From NCBI GenBank assembly GCA_014240255.1, contig JAAZXG010000005.1:1-52211 (forward strand): DNA of 52,211 bases. Direction: 5' to 3'. The position numbers and the translations under genes are program-made. Shown in pieces: positions 48,966 to 52,211 of this stretch (positions within the stretch are counted from its first letter, which is position 1; the number at the start of each line of letters is the position of its first letter). The DNA comes from Methanobacteriota archaeon (GTDB lineage: Archaea > Thermoplasmatota > Poseidoniia > MGIII > CG-Epi1). Below the pieces are notes generated by a model, which saw only the letters and a list, made by a program, of their open reading frames with translations, had not been told where the DNA came from and did no database searches.

Positions 48966-50635
48966 TTATTATAACAAATTGTTTCAGGAATTATATCAAG
49001 TAGTTCTAGCCAATTTTGCATATTGACTGTATCATTTGGATTATCTGGAATAATATCAGATATAAAATCATCAATTGGATTAATACCGGTTTGATCATTA
49101 ATTTCTTCTTCAGATATTATAGCAATACCCATTGCAACAACAATTAGGTTGTATTCTGGAGCTTTCCAAACTTCTCCAACATAAAGTGTTTTTGACCCTT
49201 CAGTTATAGTTCTACTATATCCTTCAAATCCAATACTATCTGTTTTTGCAGTACCATTAAAAATAGAATACTGAGTTTCATATCCCTGTTTTGTTTTTCG
49301 ACTTCCTTTATCTATTTCAGAATCTAATTCTACTTCTTGATCCACTGCCATTCTTTCAAATTGTTTATCCAATTCAGCTAGCATATCCTTTTCCTCAATA
49401 TCTATTGGTACTTTTACAGCAATCACCATTAGTATTCCGGGGTAACCATCACTATTTCCCTCATCATCTTCAGCATCATCTATGTAAAGTGAAAAAGTAG
49501 TTGAGGCTAATCCAAGGCCATATTCATCATATTCATTCATTACATTTTTCCAACCATTTCCAGAGTCCCCTTGTACAAAGGATTTTGGTAATTTAATTGT
49601 GGCCGTATCGTACATCGGTACTAGCATTAGACATGGCATAACAACTAGAAGGCCGATAAATAAAGCAGAAAAACTTCGTAATGCCATTCTCTTATTAGAG
49701 CGAGGAATTCCCGAAAGCGTTCTTCCAATAAGGTATATTGGAATTCCAATTATAATGGCTATAAGTAGAGGAATCATATTTTCATTAGCGTATGTTATGA
49801 ATAGTCCAATTAATAAAAATCCACAACACAATTGGTATCCTAAGTCTCGGACATATATTTTTCGTTGATACAATATAAAAGACCACCTAGTAATAATAAC
49901 TGGAATTTTAAAATAATTAAGAATATATTGATAGACTTGCAATATTAGGCCCGGTTTTGGTTCCACACCTCTGAATTCATTAGTTTTCTTTCTATCTCTA
50001 TGGATTATAAAAAATCCAATTGAAATTATTCCAAGAAAAAAAGTCCAGAATCCAGTTCCAGCTCCAAATGAACTTGCATAATAGGATAGAAAAGACATTG
50101 CTGCAAAACTCCATGCAGTTGTTAGAGGCCTTGATTCATTTTCACCAATAAGTTCAATATTTAGGGTAGGAGCTTTTCCAATGTCTTCAGCTTCCAATAT
50201 TTGTTTTCCGTCCTTTCTAATGACACCAACTACTGAGTTTAATCTAATATCTTCAGATATATGGTCTAAAGTTTCATTATCTTTTGTGATGTTCCAATTT
50301 TTAGATTTTACGCCGATTGTAAGTGTTTCAATTCTTATTTGTTGTCTAGCAATTGAAAGAAGCATAAAAATAGCTGCAATCCATTTACTTCCATCAAGCA
50401 TCATTAGTGACATTGGAATAAAAATCAGTTGCCACCACCAAGAAAACATTGGAGTAAAAAGTCTGCCAAGATAATCTACCTTATCCGAATAAATATCCCA
50501 TACTTCATTTTTATTAGAAATAAATATACGTAGATTGGTAATCGCAATCGAGTATCCCGTTCTTCGATTTATGGTAAGGTCCTCATATTTTTTAAGAAAT
50601 TTTTCGTTTGGCAAAAATTTTTCAGTTAGATCCAC
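48962..50635 (-). CDS. Hypothetical polytopic membrane protein with C-terminal soluble domain
   Basis: Several hydrophobic helices; PH-like AITNLRIF motif near the N-terminus; acidic C-terminal domain. Likely GTG 50635 (track 50674). Confidence 0.7.
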   Translation of the reverse strand: MDLTEKFLPNEKFLKKYEDLTINRRTGYSIAITNLRIFISNKNEVWDIYSDKVDYLGRLFTPMFSWWWQLIFIPMSLMMLDGSKWIAAIFMLLSIARQQIRIETLTIGVKSKNWNITKDNETLDHISEDIRLNSVVGVIRKDGKQILEAEDIGKAPTLNIELIGENESRPLTTAWSFAAMSFLSYYASSFGAGTGFWTFFLGIISIGFFIIHRDRKKTNEFRGVEPKPGLILQVYQYILNYFKIPVIITRWSFILYQRKIYVRDLGYQLCCGFLLIGLFITYANENMIPLLIAIIIGIPIYLIGRTLSGIPRSNKRMALRSFSALFIGLLVVMPCLMLVPMYDTATIKLPKSFVQGDSGNGWKNVMNEYDEYGLGLASTTFSLYIDDAEDDEGNSDGYPGILMVIAVKVPIDIEEKDMLAELDKQFERMAVDQEVELDSEIDKGSRKTKQGYETQYSIFNGTAKTDSIGFEGYSRTITEGSKTLYVGEVWKAPEYNLIVVAMGIAIISEEEINDQTGINPIDDFISDIIPDNPNDTVNMQNWLELLDIIPETICYNN

Positions 50636-50734
50636 AATAGTTCTAACATATTCACATATAAATAAGGTTTTCAAAATTTTTTTATGATAATTATGAAAGC
50701 AGATTAAATTAATAGGGTCTATTATTACATAGAC

Positions 50735-51652
50735 ATGGAAATACTTGATTGGTTTCGTTTTTTTCTCGGACTTGGTATGTTATTGTATGGTTCTTGGACT
50801 GATTTAAAGACGCGTAGAGTCCCTAATCAGGTTTGGCTTATTTCAGGTAGTATTGCATCATTACTATTATTTTATGAATTTTCAATGAATAATATGGATT
50901 ATCATATTTGGGGATTATTATTTGCAACAATAGTACTTTTTTATAATGCATTTATTGATGAATATGTATTAGATGATAATCAAATGTATCTATGGCGATT
51001 TACTCAATTTCTAGCAATTATATCGACAATATATTTCATTATAACTATTACTCCCGAAGAAATGCAAGAAAATAATTATAGAATTATAGATATCTTGTCT
51101 ATTTCTGTATTAATGCTCTTAATGTATACTTGGTTTTATTTTGGTCCTACTATTGGTGGGGCTGATGTTAAAGCAATAATGACGATTGGTTTAGTAGTCC
51201 CTTTTGCGATATCAATTAGCAGTGATACCTTGACTGCATTTGAAAATCGTGGTTTTCCATATCCTTTTGTTGTTTTTATGAATTCCCTTTTACTTTATCT
51301 ATTAATTCCGATTGGACTTTTAATTTATAATATATTTAGAACAAATATTGAGAGTCCTTATTTCCAAATGTTATTTGGAACTAAAATGGCTCTCAAGGAT
51401 GCCCGTAAAAGTTTTGTTTGGCCAATGCAACAAGTTGTTGGAGGGAAGGTAGTTCTAGTGACTTTTATCAAGCATAAATTGGATTCAGATAAAGAATGGG
51501 ATAAATTAGAAGAGGTTGGAGTTACTAATCCTTGGATTTCCTTTAAGATACCATACATAATTCCTTTAACTCTATCATTTATAGTGTCATTTGTCTTTGG
51601 AGATCTATTTTCATCTTATTTAGTTGAACCACTTAATTCTTTAATGAATTAA
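50735..51652 (+). CDS. A24 prepilin/prearchaellin peptidase (PibD/ArlK-like)
   Basis: Catalytic Asp motifs WTDLKTRRVPN and GGADVK; C-terminal WISFKIPYIIPL. Confidence 0.85.
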   Translation: MEILDWFRFFLGLGMLLYGSWTDLKTRRVPNQVWLISGSIASLLLFYEFSMNNMDYHIWGLLFATIVLFYNAFIDEYVLDDNQMYLWRFTQFLAIISTIYFIITITPEEMQENNYRIIDILSISVLMLLMYTWFYFGPTIGGADVKAIMTIGLVVPFAISISSDTLTAFENRGFPYPFVVFMNSLLLYLLIPIGLLIYNIFRTNIESPYFQMLFGTKMALKDARKSFVWPMQQVVGGKVVLVTFIKHKLDSDKEWDKLEEVGVTNPWISFKIPYIIPLTLSFIVSFVFGDLFSSYLVEPLNSLMN

Positions 51653-52210
51653 ATCAATGAATTCACTAAGTACTGATGCAGTAGCTCCCCAAATTGCTTT
51701 ATCTTTTATTCGGAAATGAGGTACTTCTAATTTTTTCCCGTGTAATTCCCATGTTTCAGAATAATTTTTATCCGCACTAACTAATTCAGATACTTTTGTA
51801 ATGATTAATTCATCTACTTCATATTCATTTAGAACCCATTCAGGTTCCCTCTCTAATATTCCTATAAATGGATAAATTAAATATCCTGAAACTGGAACTG
51901 GTAAGGGCGTTAATTGCCCAATTATTTCTACTGTTTCAGTTTTGATACCCACTTCTTCAAAAGCTTCTCTGACAGCAGTATAATTCAATTTCTCATTATT
52001 CTCTTGAGCACCTCCAGGCAATGCAATTTGACCAGGATGATTTCGTTCATGCATAGGCCTTTTAATCAGAGGAAAGTACCATTCATTTTTTTTTTTGAAT
52101 AGGGCTAGCAGTACAGAAGCTTTTTTCATCGATGCTAATTTTTCTTTAGATAGTATACGCTCATATTTTTCCAGACTTTCACTTTCAATACTTTCTCCAT
52201 CTTCAGATTT
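51641..52210 (-). CDS. Nudix CoA pyrophosphatase (NudL-like), possibly 5' partial
   Basis: ASVL, HPGQIALPGG, TAVREAFEEVG, IWGATA. The frame stays open upstream of ATG 52129 to the window edge. Confidence 0.85.
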   Translation of the reverse strand, partial: KSEDGESIESESLEKYERILSKEKLASMKKASVLLALFKKKNEWYFPLIKRPMHERNHPGQIALPGGAQENNEKLNYTAVREAFEEVGIKTETVEIIGQLTPLPVPVSGYLIYPFIGILEREPEWVLNEYEVDELIITKVSELVSADKNYSETWELHGKKLEVPHFRIKDKAIWGATASVLSEFIDLIH

Positions 52211-52211
52211 C

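Noticed and set aside
682-52102. Many short ORFs in the track nested in or antisense to large genes (e.g. 1824-2168, 23179-23589, 34839-35243, 44236-44712)
   Set aside because: Shadow ORFs of well-supported genes, with no motifs of their own.
1-52211. CRISPR arrays, IS elements, provirus, defence genes, rRNA
   Set aside because: No regularly spaced DNA repeats, cas, transposase, integrase or capsid genes, or long GC-rich RNA genes seen. Repeats in the 1902-aa gene are diverged and visible only at protein level.

Overview
An AT-rich, tightly packed archaeal chromosome segment. The gene set (eL21-Rpo4-DUF655, Pus10, Taw1, PriS, Kae1/Bud32, a PEF-CTERM protein, large Ig/PKD envelope proteins and a SAP-domain protein) points by inference to marine Thermoplasmatota (Poseidoniia, Marine Group II/III). 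Most genes are housekeeping: translation and tRNA modification, class II RNR, NAD synthesis, MDH/PEPCK and isoprenoid/ether-lipid enzymes. There is one tRNA-Val(TAC). Two small ORFs below the track's cutoff were found by reading the sequence: ribosomal eL41/eS32 and a stand-alone Trm5-N-like peptide. I see no CRISPR array, integrase, transposase or rRNA. The best candidate for something new is a 1902-aa single-pass surface protein (about 14 Ig-like repeats) ending in a cytoplasmic ubiquitin-like domain that aligns without gaps to ubiquitin. It is transcribed divergently from an orphan RHH/UPF0175 regulator whose promoter has operator-like repeats, and it lies in a cluster of other single-pass envelope proteins with different cytoplasmic tails. 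Other highlights: a Zn-ribbon insertion in Rpo4, an rsmA frame that runs through tRNA-Val, a probable split glutamine-dependent NAD synthetase, and an idi1-GGPPS-degenerate GltB operon headed by a perfect 16-bp palindrome. All family calls come from recognising motifs by eye; no database searches were run.
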